A stretch of 64,000 nt of DNA from Ranitomeya imitator (taxonomy: Eukaryota): assembly GCF_032444005.1 (NCBI RefSeq), contig NC_091283.1, positions 45,756,001 to 45,820,000 of the forward strand, in the 5' to 3' direction. Positions 1 to 13,657 of this stretch are shown here, in pieces (position 1 is the first letter of the stretch; each line of letters starts with the position of its first letter). The notes beneath the pieces are model-generated. The model was given only the letters and a program-made list of their open reading frames with translations. It made no database searches and was not told where the DNA came from. The translations under genes and the position numbers were made by a program.

Positions 1-392
1 TGTTAATTGATAAAAAAAAGATAAATTATTAACACTTCTCATCTGAAAGCACTCTTACTTTGTAGCATTTTTTTCCACCTCTTTCAAATTACCCGTTCAG
101 CTAGAGAATTTATTATGTATCCTTCTATGGTGTTATGTATATTCTTGGACGTTCATCACATTTGTTTTATTACTTTATATTGTTTTGTTCTTTATGTGGT
201 TTTAACCTGCAGATAAAGTTCGCTGCATGAAAGGCCGGTATTACTTTGACCCGGTGAATCTGTTTTGTTCCTTTTCTGCATACCTGTCTGTATTAACTCT
301 TTATGGTGTACCGACCTGGTGAAGATCTCACGCATTAATACCGTTACACTAAATAAAACCTTTTGATTGGCTGGGGTCTACCTTATCAATCC

Positions 393-629
393 TAGAATGT
401 TAGAGTCGGAAGGGACCTCCAGGGTCATCGTGTCCAACCCCCCTGCTCAATGCAGGAGTCACTAAACCATCTCCGACAGATGTCCGTCCAGCCTCTGAAG
501 ACTTCCATTGAAGGAGAACTCACCACCTCTCGCGGCAGCCTGTTACACTCATTGATCACCCTCGCTATCAATTTTTTTTTCTAATATCTAATCTGTATCT
601 TCTCCCTTTCACTTTCATTCCATTGCTTC
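393..629 (-). mobile_element. CR1-type LINE 3' end fragment
   Basis: Starts TAGAATGTTAGAGTCGGAAGGGACCTCC, the reverse complement of the typical CR1 3' UTR end (GGTCCCTTCCAAC...ATTCTA). Recognised from memory; right boundary approximate. Confidence 0.6.
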
Positions 630-3600
630 ATGCCAGTCACCCGCTCATTCAAGTCATCAGACTGCACTCGAATGACATCCGAGTGCAGTCCGATTTCCTC
701 CGACTTGCACAATGGAGAAATTTTGTTCTTAATTTTCTCTTCACCTGTACTACGACTCATGCGGGAGTATCGGATCGCACTAGGATGACACTTGGGTAAA
801 ATTCTGTGTCATTTGTATAATCGATCGGAGGAAAGAATGTAGACTCGTGTGATCCAGGCCTTACCGTAACACACTTGCAATTTTGCATGAAAGATGCGCT
901 GTCCATACAGCCCGGGTCAGCCATACCCTAAAATTTGTCACTGGTCCTGCGTACCACCGATCAGATCTTGGAGGAGATGATCAGGGTTCATTCTTTGCTG
1001 AATTATTTAGTGCTGCCGAGACTCTTGGGTTATTCAGGAGAATAAAATCACTCATGAGACGGAGAGGAGGAGAGAAAGGGAGGGAGAGACGCCTGGGTAT
1101 ATAGAGTAATGAAGCAAATAGGAGGAGGCAGCGGCAGCCAGGGAGTGGTGAAGACACAAGTCACCGTACCGATGCTCGAATTATCTGTGCCACATCTGTG
1201 TAAGGTAAGACGGGTGACGGCCACGCTGCCGGTCACATGGAGCAGATGGGATTACCGTCTCCATTAGGCAGATGGAGGGATTCATGCCAACGCTTGCACA
1301 GGGGATACCACGCAGACTTGGATTTTTACGGTAACGGCTATGGAATGTTTAGTCATCACTAAGCATCCGCCGGATCATCATCACTATGCGACGCTATCAT
1401 TGTGATGAACTGCCGAACCCGAAGACTAAGGACGTGTTCACGTGTAATATAAATACAATTTTTTTTTTTTTTGTGCTGAAAAAAATCTGTATTTAGCAAT
1501 TGATGCAAAGCGTGTTAGTTCTTTTTTTTTTTTTTAAATTTATTATTTTAATTATAATTTTTTTTTCCTGAAGGCATTTATGGGGAACCTGAAAAAAAAA
1601 AGAGTGCAAAAAAAAAACAACAACAACCCACAATTGCGTTTTCAAGTGCGCCCTGCAATAAGAGTAAAAAAAAAAAAAAAGCATGAAAAAAAACTACATT
1701 AAATCTTCACCAAAAGCCAAAAAAAATGAGAAAAGTCGGAGCTGATTTTGATGCGGAAAAAAATAAGCAGATTTTCAGATGAATGAACATGGACTTGTTC
1801 CCGTATGCAGAAATGATGCTTTTTCTCGAATATGCAGTAGCGATCCGCACTGGTTTATGTTGAATTTTCCCATTTTTTTTGCTTTTGGGCATGATTTGAT
1901 GCAACTTTTTTCATGCTTTTTTCCCCCTTTTTATGTGTTTTTTTTTATGTAGACTGGGTGCAGCATTTGTTAGTGAAACACTGCGATGCTGGACTTGAAA
2001 AGGCGATTATTTCTGTGATTGCGCCGCTTAAATGCTCCAGTCAGGGATCAACAGCAGCATTTACGGCATTAAACGGCAGTCATTGCCGTTAGAGGGGGTT
2101 GTTGACAGTATAACACAGCCGGCACCCAAAATCGGGAGGGAGTTATCCCGGAATATTAGTTTTTCCACATGTTCCCTCTAGTCTAATTGTCTTTCTGGCT
2201 AATTTCTTACATCTTTTTCTAGTTTCTCTATAATTGTGTTTGCTAAGTGTGACCCATGTGACCCCCTTCTGAACTACATTTCCCACAACCACCTGCTTCA
2301 ACAGGCTCCCAGGTTCCCATAGTAACTCCTCCAAACATCACTGTGATCTCCTAGTGACAAGAGGAGACATGGCGCTGTGTAATATAGTAATAAATATCAT
2401 TTGTGTCTGTCCCTATCGCCCCTGTAGAGTTTATCTGCGTTTCTTCTTTATTGCCCATGGCAACCAATCACAGAGCCGCTAACATTGTACCAGAGCTATT
2501 TAAAAAATATTAGCTGGACTCTGATTGGTTGTTATGGGCAACAATGACAGACGGTACCAATAAAGGCCTAATTGTATTTACATTGTGTTGAGAGGTATGT
2601 CGGGGCCATTGTAAAAAGTCTGAACAGAAATATTCATGCTTCTAATGAGAAGAAGCTTTGTTGGTGTAGTGGCTGGTACTTCTGCGCTTATTCGGCTGCG
2701 TCTATCACACAGCAGAGCTGCACAGTCGGATAGGAGAGGAGCGGGCGCACGGTGCCCATTTTTTCCCCTGTGCAGTGAGGATCACACATGCGCCATTCCC
2801 TGCAAATTAAGAAAAGGATACCCATTGTAGAAGAATATCAGGCGTCTACTGAGCACGTGCGACCTGTCTTCAAAGAACCGCAGGACGTAACCATGGGCAA
2901 CCAAAAGTCTCTCACATGCTAAATTTCAGGGGGTGATACCTTTAGCAGAGAGCGCATTTGGAAATTGATTGCATTTTTATTTTAGGATTTTAAGCCACTA
3001 AACTGTGATTGATTTTGTGTGAATGACCCTTTGTGTTCGGATCACAATATCTGGGGGGTCCTCTAGGTCTCCTGACCTGAGCTAGCTTCCTCATTATCAG
3101 GTCAGGAGACACGGTGGTCGGGCCATTGTTTTCTGAGCATGGTCCATGTTGTGAAACCTTAAAGACGTCCCCTAAATTTGTGTCCCACCTCTCCAGAAAG
3201 GAGGACCCCCCATCTTCCCTGGTGAGGTGTCCACCACATCCCCACCAGAGAATGGAGAGGCAGCTCATATAGCTGTTGTCAACAGCGAGACAACCTCTAC
3301 CCCCTTATTGCCAGGACTGGCGGGGGTCCCAAAGATCAGACCCCCCATACTAAATGGCATATCCTAGCAATATACCATCATTATATAAGATGAGAATACA
3401 TCTTTACAAAATTTCCTCCACCCAAGTCTCTGATGTGCAATCAGCACTGGTAGGGTTTTCCTTCTGGGAAAATTAGTAGGATCTGTGAGCTCAGACTTGT
3501 TCTCTAAAAAACATTGCATATCCTGGTGGTCTTAAACCTACGAGTCTCCAGATATTGTGAGACTGAAGATGTTACCATGCTATGCTGTGAGTTGTAGTTT

Positions 3601-3731
3601 TGCAATAGTCGGGAGAACCACAGGTTGGAGATCCTTGTATTATATAATATAATGAAATGAAGGTGAGACCTTTTCTTGTGCATATAGTGTACCGGACTAA
3701 TGATTTATATTTGTGACATTTTTTTCAGCCC

Positions 3732-4946
3732 ATGCAGTGCTCAGCCATGGTGAGATGCCGGAAGTTCAGCATATCGATCATCGCCCTTCTTGCTCTTGTT
3801 GTCATCAAAATTTTCATTGACTTGAGTTCCCCTCCTTTTGAATTCTCTGACCCATCATCATCTATTTCTGCAGAACCTTCCAACAGCGCACTGATAATGT
3901 TGGAGTCCTTACAAGATGACGAGAAAGCAACCTTGGCAGCTCTTCATTCCTTGGCACAGAACTTGAAAAAAATGGTACCCTTTGCTGAGGCCTACTGGAA
4001 TATGAAGCAACTTCAGCTCCTGGACTTACGGAGGCCATGGGCATGGACATGCAGTAGGTCCATGGCATGGATATCACCACAGGAGCCGTATTCAGACCTA
4101 TTAAAGACTTTCCTCACACAGGGTAATTGTCGAAACCATAAAATGATAATTAACCAGCCATACAAATGTCCACTCAATAGTACTTTTCTTCTTCTGGCCA
4201 TCAAGTCTTCACCACAGAACTTTGCACAGAGACAGGCCGTAAGGGAAACCTGGGGGGCCGAGAAGAGCTATGATGGGAAGTACGTCAGACTGGTCTTCCT
4301 CTTGGGCACAGTGCCAGTGCTTGACCTGTCACCTCTCTTGGAATACGAAAACAACCTCTCTCATGATCTTCTTCAGTGGGACTTTGAAGACACCTTCTTC
4401 AACTTGACATTGAAGGACCAGTTGTTTTTGGGGTGGGCGAGGACATATTGTACAAAAGCAAAATACATACTTAAAGGTGATGATGATGTTTTTGTCCGGA
4501 CGGCCAGCATAATGCGCGTTCTTTCATCACTTAGCAGATATAGGCATCACTCACTCTATATGGGACATGTTGTAAAATCCGCCAAACCTTACAGAGACCC
4601 TCAAAGTAAATACTACATACCTACTTCTTACTATATGGGGATGTATCCACCCTACGCTGGCGGAGGAGGGTATGTGTTTTCCGGATCTCTCACCCCATGG
4701 CTTTACTTGGCGTCCCATTTTGTGTTCCCATTTCCAATCGATGATGTCTACACTGGAATGTGTTTTATGGTTTTGGGGGTGAAACCAATTGGGCATCCAG
4801 GATTTAAGACATTTAATACGCCAAAGAAATCAAAATCCTCAAACTGCGTGGACAAAAAATTCCTTTTAGTACATCAGAAAAGCCCCCAAGAGATTTTGAA
4901 GATGTGGGGGGATGATTTTAAAGGAACACTGATTCAACCTTGCTGA
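3732..4946 (+). CDS. B3GNT8: Beta-1,3-N-acetylglucosaminyltransferase 8 (GT31 family), single coding exon
   Basis: 404-aa ORF with an N-terminal TM anchor and GT31 motifs LLLAIKS, RQAVRETWG, WDFEDTFFNLTLK, KGDDDVFV, YPPYAGGGGY, FPIDDVYTGMC. AYWN and TLKD..LGW resemble human B3GNT8, and the position next to BCKDHA matches human synteny. Splice acceptor at 3728/3729. ATG 3747 (gccATGg, MVRCRK) may be the real start. Confidence 0.9.
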   Translation: MQCSAMVRCRKFSISIIALLALVVIKIFIDLSSPPFEFSDPSSSISAEPSNSALIMLESLQDDEKATLAALHSLAQNLKKMVPFAEAYWNMKQLQLLDLRRPWAWTCSRSMAWISPQEPYSDLLKTFLTQGNCRNHKMIINQPYKCPLNSTFLLLAIKSSPQNFAQRQAVRETWGAEKSYDGKYVRLVFLLGTVPVLDLSPLLEYENNLSHDLLQWDFEDTFFNLTLKDQLFLGWARTYCTKAKYILKGDDDVFVRTASIMRVLSSLSRYRHHSLYMGHVVKSAKPYRDPQSKYYIPTSYYMGMYPPYAGGGGYVFSGSLTPWLYLASHFVFPFPIDDVYTGMCFMVLGVKPIGHPGFKTFNTPKKSKSSNCVDKKFLLVHQKSPQEILKMWGDDFKGTLIQPC

Positions 4947-5384
4947 TAACGGTGATTTATTTTTACACCAGACTACACTCGCAATTCTTCTGCCTCAACC
5001 TTTGAGGACGAAGTCAATGCCCGTGGCTTGGCACATTGTTATTCTGATGTGTTTTGGGGCATGGTTCGGTGCAAAACTTAACTGCCAGTATGTTCTCCTT
5101 ATAGGAAATAATATGTTATGTATAAGGGTTTATCTATTTTGAGTGTTCAGATATATGAATACATATTCAATATTCTGCACTGTCCTCTGAAATTGCTTCA
5201 AACTCGCCTTTAAAGGGGGTATTCCCATATCCTATCCCAATATGTAGTAGGTGTAATAATAATAATATTCGCAAATACCTAGTACAGTTCTTCTGATTCG
5301 CTGTCGCCTACCCCATGTAGGGCATGTGTCGCGGCTGTTTGTTGGGCTCTCCATGCATGTGTTGTGACTGTCACACAGCCGCGA

Positions 5385-5899
5385 CATATGTAGCTGTCCT
5401 GCTACTGGGTTGTTGCCCTCTTATGGCCCCTTCATGTCTTCTGGTGTACTGGCCAGACTCCTGGTATCTGCTCCATGCTCTGGACACTGTGCTGACAGAC
5501 ATAGCTACCCTACTTGCCACAGCTTGCATTGATGTGCCATCCTGGATGAGCTGCACTACCTCAGCAACTTCTGAGGGTTGTAGACACTGCCTCATGCTAC
5601 TGTACCTCTATGGGTGAGAGCAATGACCATATGCAAGTGACCAAAACAACAGTCAAAAAGGATAAGAACAAAAAAATGGTCTGTGGTCACCCCCTGCAGA
5701 ACCACTCCTTTACAGGCATGGTCTTGCTAATTGCCGTTCATTTCTACCTGTTGTCTGTACCATTTACACAGCTGCAGGAGAAATTGATTCACATTCGGTG
5801 TTGCTTCATAACTGGACAGATTGATTTCACAGAAGTGTGACTGACCTGGAATTACATTGTGTTGGTTGAGTGGTCCCTTTATGTTTTTTTTGAGCAGTG
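5385..5899 (-). mobile_element. Tc1/mariner 5' fragment (same family as 60435-62009)
   Basis: Terminal TIR (...TTTGAGCAGTG|TA) and N-terminal transposase HTH peptide MRQCLQPSEVAEVVQLIQDGTSM...VSRAWSRYQ. Truncated on the left. Confidence 0.8.
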
Positions 5900-6917
5900 T
5901 ATACAACCGAGTCACAGAGATGATGAAAAATGGAATGATTGATGGGACTCTGGAAACCAACACAGACAGTGAGAATGAAGGACCAAAAGGGTAGAGCAGG
6001 AGCGAGCATGTGCGACCACCATATGTGTGTGTATATAGTAGTGGTCGCACATGCTCACTGCTGTTCCATTAACGCTGCTTTTCAATAGCACATAAGCCGG
6101 AGTCAGTGACCGTACCGTGTGATAATGGAGATCACTGAACAAAGTGAATACCGGGCGGAGGTCACAGGAAACGGAGCAGAGATCAATTATTTTTTTTTGT
6201 CCATTTTCTCCTTTTCTATCTAATGTCCTTTTCTCTGTTACGGTGCTATCCGAGCCATTACCATACATTAGTATACCTTGATGTATTGTGGTGAATGAGT
6301 TAAAAGCATGACAACTCCCAGCAGTGCTCCTCGCACCCCAGCCGGTAGCTCATAGGGAGCAGAGGATCCAGCACTCATGAGCCATTAGGAGGCCATTATT
6401 GAAAGTAGTTGTGGGACCGGTAATTGACTGAAAGCTGCCATCAAACATGGCGACTGTAGACGGCACGTAATGGACATGTCTTATTATGGAAATCTCACGG
6501 CTTCATTTAATAGTTATGGGCAGAAGAGGGTTAATTTGCACATGGAAGAAATTACAGAACGGCGAGAAGCACGAACTGCTGCAGAACGAAGGATTACAGA
6601 CGAGTGAAGGATATCAAGACGGTGACGTTTAATAGGAAAAGGGTCTTCAGAAAATAGAACCATGGCTCGGCTGATATTTTTCCGAAAATATTTTTGCAAA
6701 AGCTTCTTTCTTGAGTAGTGGGGATGTAAGGAGCAGTTCTCTTTCCATTCGGATGAGGAAGGAGAGGTGCGCGGCCGGCGATGGCAGTGTACGGAGGACA
6801 GGTCAGGACCCGATTGTGTGCTGCCATAACGGTGTGGCGTCCCCTTCATCAGTGGAGCAGTTGCCCCCATCATAGCCCCTTTTACACAAGTTACTCCATG
6901 CTGTTAAACGACCACTA

Positions 6918-7275
6918 ATCGGTGACTCATTACTGGCCCGCTAGGCCGACAAACCTCAGACTAGTACGATGGTTCTGATCGGTGACTCGTTACTGGCCCG
7001 CTAGGCCGACAAACCTCAGACTAGTACGATGGTTCTGATCGGTGACTCTTTACAGGCCCGCTAGGCCGACAAACCTCAGACTAGTACGATGGTTCTGATC
7101 GGTGACTCTTTACAGGCCCGCTAGGCCGACAAACCTCAGACTAGTACGATGGTTCTGATCGGTGACTCTTTACAGGCCCGCTAGGCCGACAAACCTCAGA
7201 CTAGTACGATGGTTCTGATCGGTGACTCATTACTGGCCCGTTAGGCCAACAAACCTCGGACTAGTACGATGGTTC
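6918..7275. repeat. 60-bp tandem repeat, ~6 copies
   Basis: Unit ATCGGTGACTCTTTACAGGCCCGCTAGGCCGACAAACCTCAGACTAGTACGATGGTTCTG with exact 60-nt period. Confidence 0.95.
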
Positions 7276-8132
7276 CGTGCCAGTACCGTATCATCCCATC
7301 CACTGCACAGCACCGGTTTACACCGAAATCATACAAGCGTTCTGCATATTCATTAGATGAGTGCCGGCCTGTTCATATGGCGCGATACGAATGCTCATTC
7401 ACCAATCATTGGTCACTTAGCGATGAGCGCAAGTGCTCGTTACTTGAGTTGGCCTAGGGTTCTCGAAAGATAGATGTTCCTGTTAGCCCACAACATGCCC
7501 TACAAACACGGGCAATCCCCGCATATATTCGGGCTGTCGAACAGCCATGGTGACTCAAACATATTTTTCACACACGACGAAGACTCTCGGTTAGCATCCG
7601 AGCATGCTCAGATAACACCTTATCCATGCACGCCCGCTCATCACTAATAAGAATGTGTGTGTATATATGTATACATGGTCTATGTATATATATCAGGCAC
7701 TGTTCACATCTGCATCGAAGGCTCGGTTGGTTCAGTGTTCACACCTGAAACCTAACGTGTCTTGAAGGGAGACCATCACTAGATTTGTGCCCCTTCCTAT
7801 ACTGCTTGGATTCAGGGTACTAAATACTCCAGATACGTGGTAGTCCGGATATAAAAGAGACGCAGATTCATTATTTTTGATATCCCAAAATGTTATACCC
7901 CTTTCAGTTTTATTACGGCCCTTGGAATTAGTTAAATGTGACAAAGTGGTCCTCGGAGCAGAAAAGGTTGTGCACCCCTGTCCTAAACACAAGGAGTATA
8001 ATGACAACGGTGGGTACAAGGTGCACAGATCTAGCGACGGTTATACCACTCATGTGTACGGTGCCAGAGCAGGTCAGCGTAGACCCCCCCCGAATATCAC
8101 TTCCACCGGAAATCAGTCTTGTGAGTTGTGGT

Positions 8133-8236
8133 CAGGGCTGTGGAGTCAGAGTTGTGGAGTCCGAGCCCATTTTTATGGAGTCGGAGTCGTGGAAATTGAG
8201 GAGTCGGAGGTTTGGATTACCGACTCCGCAGCTCTG
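8133..8236. mobile_element. Short hAT-like MITE
   Basis: TIRs CAGGGCTGTGGAGTC / GACTCCGCAGCTCTG; degenerate 8-bp flanks GTTGTGGT / GTTGCTGT. Confidence 0.55.
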
Positions 8237-8903
8237 GTTGCTGTGATATTAGTCAATCATGTAGATCACGTCAGGGGTTAATATGGAAACTTATCATACG
8301 AGATGGTCACATCAGACTCGTATAGTCGTCCGATCCATGGGCCATTTCATTTTTGCCAGGGTATTTTTTTTTTTTTTTGGAGGAATGGTGAAAACCCTGG
8401 TAGTGCCTGGTATTACAACTCAGCCTTGTTGAAGAAGCGAATGAGGTGGAGCTGGACTGCAATATCAAGCACAACCTATGGCCAGGTGGTGGCACTGTTT
8501 TTTTACGGTTAACTCCTGCTTGGCAAATAGAAATTAGGATATTTGATTCTATATTGCTTGAAAAAAAATATAAGTCAGCTAGTCGGCTTGTAGTTCTATG
8601 GTCCCCATGAAAATACTATATGGGGACACAATTCTGAAACGTACCCTCATCGTCATCTGTGACATTATTACAACAATGACCTCTACATAACAGCTGTCTG
8701 ATAGAGCTTGTAAATACAACCAATTTTGCCATATACGGATTGTAAAAAATGTCACCCGTTCTTGGAGACCGTCCGCCGCTGCTAGACTGCTTATAATTGC
8801 TGGCTGTGATCGCTGGGGCACGTCGCTCCCTCCTAATCCAAAGCCAGATTCAAAGCAATAGACAGCAGTGGTGGTCGGTTTCCTTGACAACAAGTTGTAA
8901 GCC

Positions 8904-9014
8904 AAAAAAAAATCCAGGGATTTTTGTGTACTCACCGTAAAATCCTTTTCTACGAGCCATTCATTGGGGGACACAGGACCGTCCCTGTGTCCCCCAATGT
9001 GGCGACGGAGAAAA
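8904..9014 (-). mobile_element. Collapsed DIRS remnant (both termini, no interior)
   Basis: TACTCACCGTAAAATCCTTTTCT...CATTGGGGGACACAGG-ACCGT-CCCTGTGTCCCCCAATG...GACGGAGAAAA. DIRS-like 3' and 5' termini joined at a hairpin, flanked by A-runs. Confidence 0.6.
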
Positions 9015-9191
9015 GTGTTCATATCTGAAGAACGGATGCAAATTTTAACAAGCAGTAAATTGCAAAGCGGCGTGTTTTTACAAGCACTATCTGATGATAT
9101 CCATTAGATGAAGCTGGGAATAACCCTTTAAGGAGTAAAGATACCACAATAATGCACTTAAAGACAATCCGATTCCCACAATCATGAGACA

Positions 9192-9197
9192 TTTATT
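9192..9197 (-). terminator. Probable BCKDHA polyadenylation signal AATAAA
   Basis: TTTATT on the + strand ~340 nt downstream of the BCKDHA stop. Confidence 0.6.
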
Positions 9198-9534
9198 CCC
9201 TGCAATGTCATACAGTTCCTCCGCCATTGGCGTTCGTGTTCTCGTCATCTAGAATAAGTCACATCATTCTTACTACGCCACAGACACGACGCTCTTCCGG
9301 CTCCGGCTGGGACGTCCACCCCCAGTTTCAGATTATTCCATCGCTTTAAAACTCCCCTCTCCCAGTTATTTACAGGTGGCTGCAGAAATCAGAAAACTAT
9401 TTCACAAAAATTAAAAACCGGAATGAGCAGCCATGAAGAGGAGACCCGGCCGGAGTGTTGTGCTGCCTGTAACAGGAATCCGAGGGTAACCGCGTTCCTA
9501 CAACCATGTCTTTGTTGTCCGGGGTGGGGGGCGG

Positions 9535-9705
9535 TTACTTTTCAAAGCTGTCCAAGGGGTAATGTTCCCCATAAACCTTTAGGTGTTTTTTCAAAGAATC
9601 CTCCTGTTTCTTCAGACGCGGCGGCTTTTCCGAGTAGACGTCTGTGAACATGTGATCGATACTGGGCTTCCGTTTTCGCTCGGCCTCTTCGAAAGCTTCC
9701 ATGAC
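9535..9705 (-). CDS. BCKDHA: BCKDHA exon 9 (last coding exon)
   Basis: ctgcag|[56 protein letters not shown]; 171 nt. Confidence 0.97.
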   Translation of the reverse strand, partial: VMEAFEEAERKRKPSIDHMFTDVYSEKPPRLKKQEDSLKKHLKVYGEHYPLDSFEK

Positions 9706-10537
9706 CTGCAGAAAAAAACGGTTGTGTTACATATACTCATTGCCAGGAGCCCAGAGAGACCCTCTTAGGGTATGTTTCCAAAATCCACTGCGGATTACAA
9801 TGCTGAGTGTTGAGGGTGAGATTTTACGCAAAGAAAATCCAGCTCTCAATTTATGTTGCAGATTTTCACACTAGATTTTACCCTGTAATGTGTAAGGAGA
9901 CTTATAGGCCATGCAATGCCCCTCTGCAAAATTAAATACGCAAATTCAGACAGGAAGAGGATTTGAACTCTAGCGCCAACTACTGGAAGCAGCCATCCTA
10001 AAAGTCAGTATTGACCCTGTAATGAGCCTTGCCACATGACTTGGGATAAAAGCCAAACCAGACTCCATTCTCAGACACATGATTCTGGGTGTATTACAGG
10101 CTCTAAAGCAGAGGTTAAAATTTGTGGCATTTCCACAGCCAAATCGCCCACTTTTGGACTTGCTGTGGATTTTCCGATGCATGTGGACAAACCTGACTGT
10201 GCAGGGCCATGCAGCACAGCTGTGCGCTGCGGTTTCTTGCTCAGTGGGATGGTCGCTATGCAAGCAGAAAATGACAGGGAGGCAGCTGTGGTCTTCTCGC
10301 TCTCCCGGTGGTTGCTCTCCGGGTGGTCCCAAAGTGTTAACTTATACTAGCCATATACCATCACCCCCCCACCTTAAAACGGGATCATTGTACACACAGA
10401 TAAGCACCATCACAGCAATGGGGGAATTGTTCTGGGACCCACAAACCCGTGGACTTGGTCATCACCATCTCTACGTGTTGGTAAACTGCAGAGAAAGAGC
10501 CATGTGCAGTAAAGAAACGGCTCAGAACCAGACTCAC

Positions 10538-10988
<451 letters not shown>

Positions 10989-12071
10989 TTAATGGTGGCC
11001 TTATTCACTACCTGTCACATTAAAGGGCTGAAGAATAACACTTTCGAGAGAAGCCCAAGATACGAAGCTACCCCGGCGTGGCCCACGTTCAGACAGCCAT
11101 AGTGCCGCCACATTTAAGTGTCATTTTCAAAACCGACCTGGGGATCCAATGACCCGACCTTACAGCGCTGTAGACCCCTGTGGTGCCATTAGATTTACAA
11201 TTGGGCTGAAATTAAAGCCCATATTATGAATGCAAAAATGTGATCACTTTACATTGTCTGAATGAAGCCTTAAAGGGAGTGTGTCAATCCAAACTGACAG
11301 TAAATCGTAAGCACCTCGCCTGGCAGGGAATACCGCCCCTATACAATCCCCACCTATGGTGTTATAATTGCTGGCTCCATTCTGCAGAAACTGATGATGA
11401 AATATGCTAATTAGGGTGATTGCTGCACTCTGGGTGTGGCCAAGAGCCTCCACCTGCTGGTTTTGCATGTCCCCACCTCCCTCACTGGTGATTGACAGCA
11501 CTGGTTTACTTGTGAGCAAGCACCGTCTGCATGGGCGGAGCAGTACACTGGGCCTCTTGGCCACACCCAGGGTGCACCGGGCACCATAATTATTAGATAT
11601 GAATGAATGCCAGTTTCTAAAGAAAGTGGGCAGCAATTAAACCACTAAAAGTGCAATTTTTACAGGGGCGATTTTCCCTACAAAGCTCAGTGCATACAAT
11701 CGGTTTGGCCTGACGCTCCCTGTAAAGATTGTTTTCCCCAGAAACATGTAGTGATCTACTGGAAAGGGCATTAAAATGTCAAAATGGAGCAGCCACGCAT
11801 GCGTCATCGCTCCAATCATTCTCTATGGGACTGTTGGGAGGTAAGAGGCGCTTTGTATCTCTGGTGGTCTCAGACTGATGGTGATATTTTAGAGCCCCGG
11901 TTTGGAGATCGCTGGGACCTTTCAGCGCCATCGTATGGACTCGCTGTGCTGTTGTACAGGCTTTGTGCTTTGCCGTGGCCCAGGATTCATCCTGTACTTT
12001 GAATTTTACACTTCAGCTTGACACTTACCTGGAAAAAACACAGAGTGCCCCCTAACCCGTTTGGCATTTTA

Positions 12072-12308
<237 letters not shown>

Positions 12309-13486
12309 TTAAAGAAGGAAAAAAAAAATAGGTCATTATAGAAGAAACATTGATGTTCAGCTGAATATGGTGGAACCAACCCACAAGAACCCGACAACCA
12401 GGCCCCTTAGGCTATGGGCACGCTGAGTTTCATGCAGGCAGTTTTAGGCTATGGGCACACGGGGGCTTTTAGATGCCAACACCGCCGGTCATTTTCCTGA
12501 AGCAGCTTCGCTGGCGATTTCGCAGCGTCTCCGCCATTGACATCTTTTATTCTATACTTTCAAGTATAGAGCGCGGGCGACTTTCCAGTTGAAGTTGCAC
12601 AAAGGAGCAACACTTCACGGGTTCCAAACTCTGAAGTGGGTATAAGAAGTGACAAGACGGAACCGCTGCAGTTTTTACATTACTGTGAACTACGGTGATC
12701 TAGGTGAATCCGCCAGAAAGACACTGTGTGCACATGGCTTTACAGTGGAAATTGTTGCAGGAATCGCTCCTTGTCTTGGCAGTTCTAGGTTTCCTAAAGA
12801 GGCTTTGACGTGTTCTAGAACAAATTTTTTGCAACCTTTTAATTTGACTTATGTAACTGCAGAAAAATACCTGGCTGCATGAGGCTTTCAAAGACCAAAC
12901 TGACCATGTGCCAGAGATCCTAGCATGTAGAGCACAGGAACATGATGGACTCGGCATAATCCTGTACACAGACCCTCTATGGCAGCACGTCCCTACAGGT
13001 CCAGAATGAAGAGCTGCTCCTCTTTGGGTCTCCTCCTCAGGCAATAAGGGTCAGTGGGATCTGAATTTTAAGATTTATTCCAGCCGGTGACGTACAGGAC
13101 CGAGCTGTGATAACTAGAGTTGGTGCAAGTCGATTTGCAGGACCCGGTCTGCGCTCCATGGCCATTCGATGCTCCGTCTCTTTCCATCTGGAATCTTCTA
13201 AATATCAGGCCTGGCGCAACATCATGTACGTCATGTCGAAGTAATAACATCACGCCAGGTTGGCTAACCAAAGAAGAGGTGGATCGCCCAATGGCCACAG
13301 ATTACTCACCTGGCTGCTGGACCGGGTCTTACAGATCGATTCGCACCAACTCTATCAATGGCCCGTGTGGTGGTCACGGAAGAAATGGCAGCGAGAGGAC
13401 GGAGGTGACTCAGGCGATGGCAGAAATACAACTATAAAAAGATGTGAGGTCAGAAAAAGTGAAGGGAAATCTTTCTGGATATTCAC

Positions 13487-13648
13487 CTTGTGGTATCTGT
13501 GTTGCTAAAGGTGAGGAAATCGTCACGAAGTTCCGATCTTTGCAGCCATAGTGGACGGGCATCTGTCTTCCTTTGCCAGGATCGGAGGCATTACCGTAGC
13601 ACTGCGCCATGAACAGATCAAGAGGATATCCCCTGTACATCAGGACTC
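13487..13648 (-). CDS. BCKDHA: BCKDHA exon 5
   Basis: [53 protein letters not shown]; 162 nt. Confidence 0.97.
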
Positions 13649-13657
13649 CTGGAGAAA

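Noticed and set aside
117-124. GTATCCTT U12-like donor
   Set aside because: No exon or matching branch site in context; treated as a chance match.
1-390. Possible Penelope-like 3' tail (AATAAAACCTTTTGATTGG...)
   Set aside because: Only a vague resemblance; no ribozyme core, ORF or TSD visible in the window.
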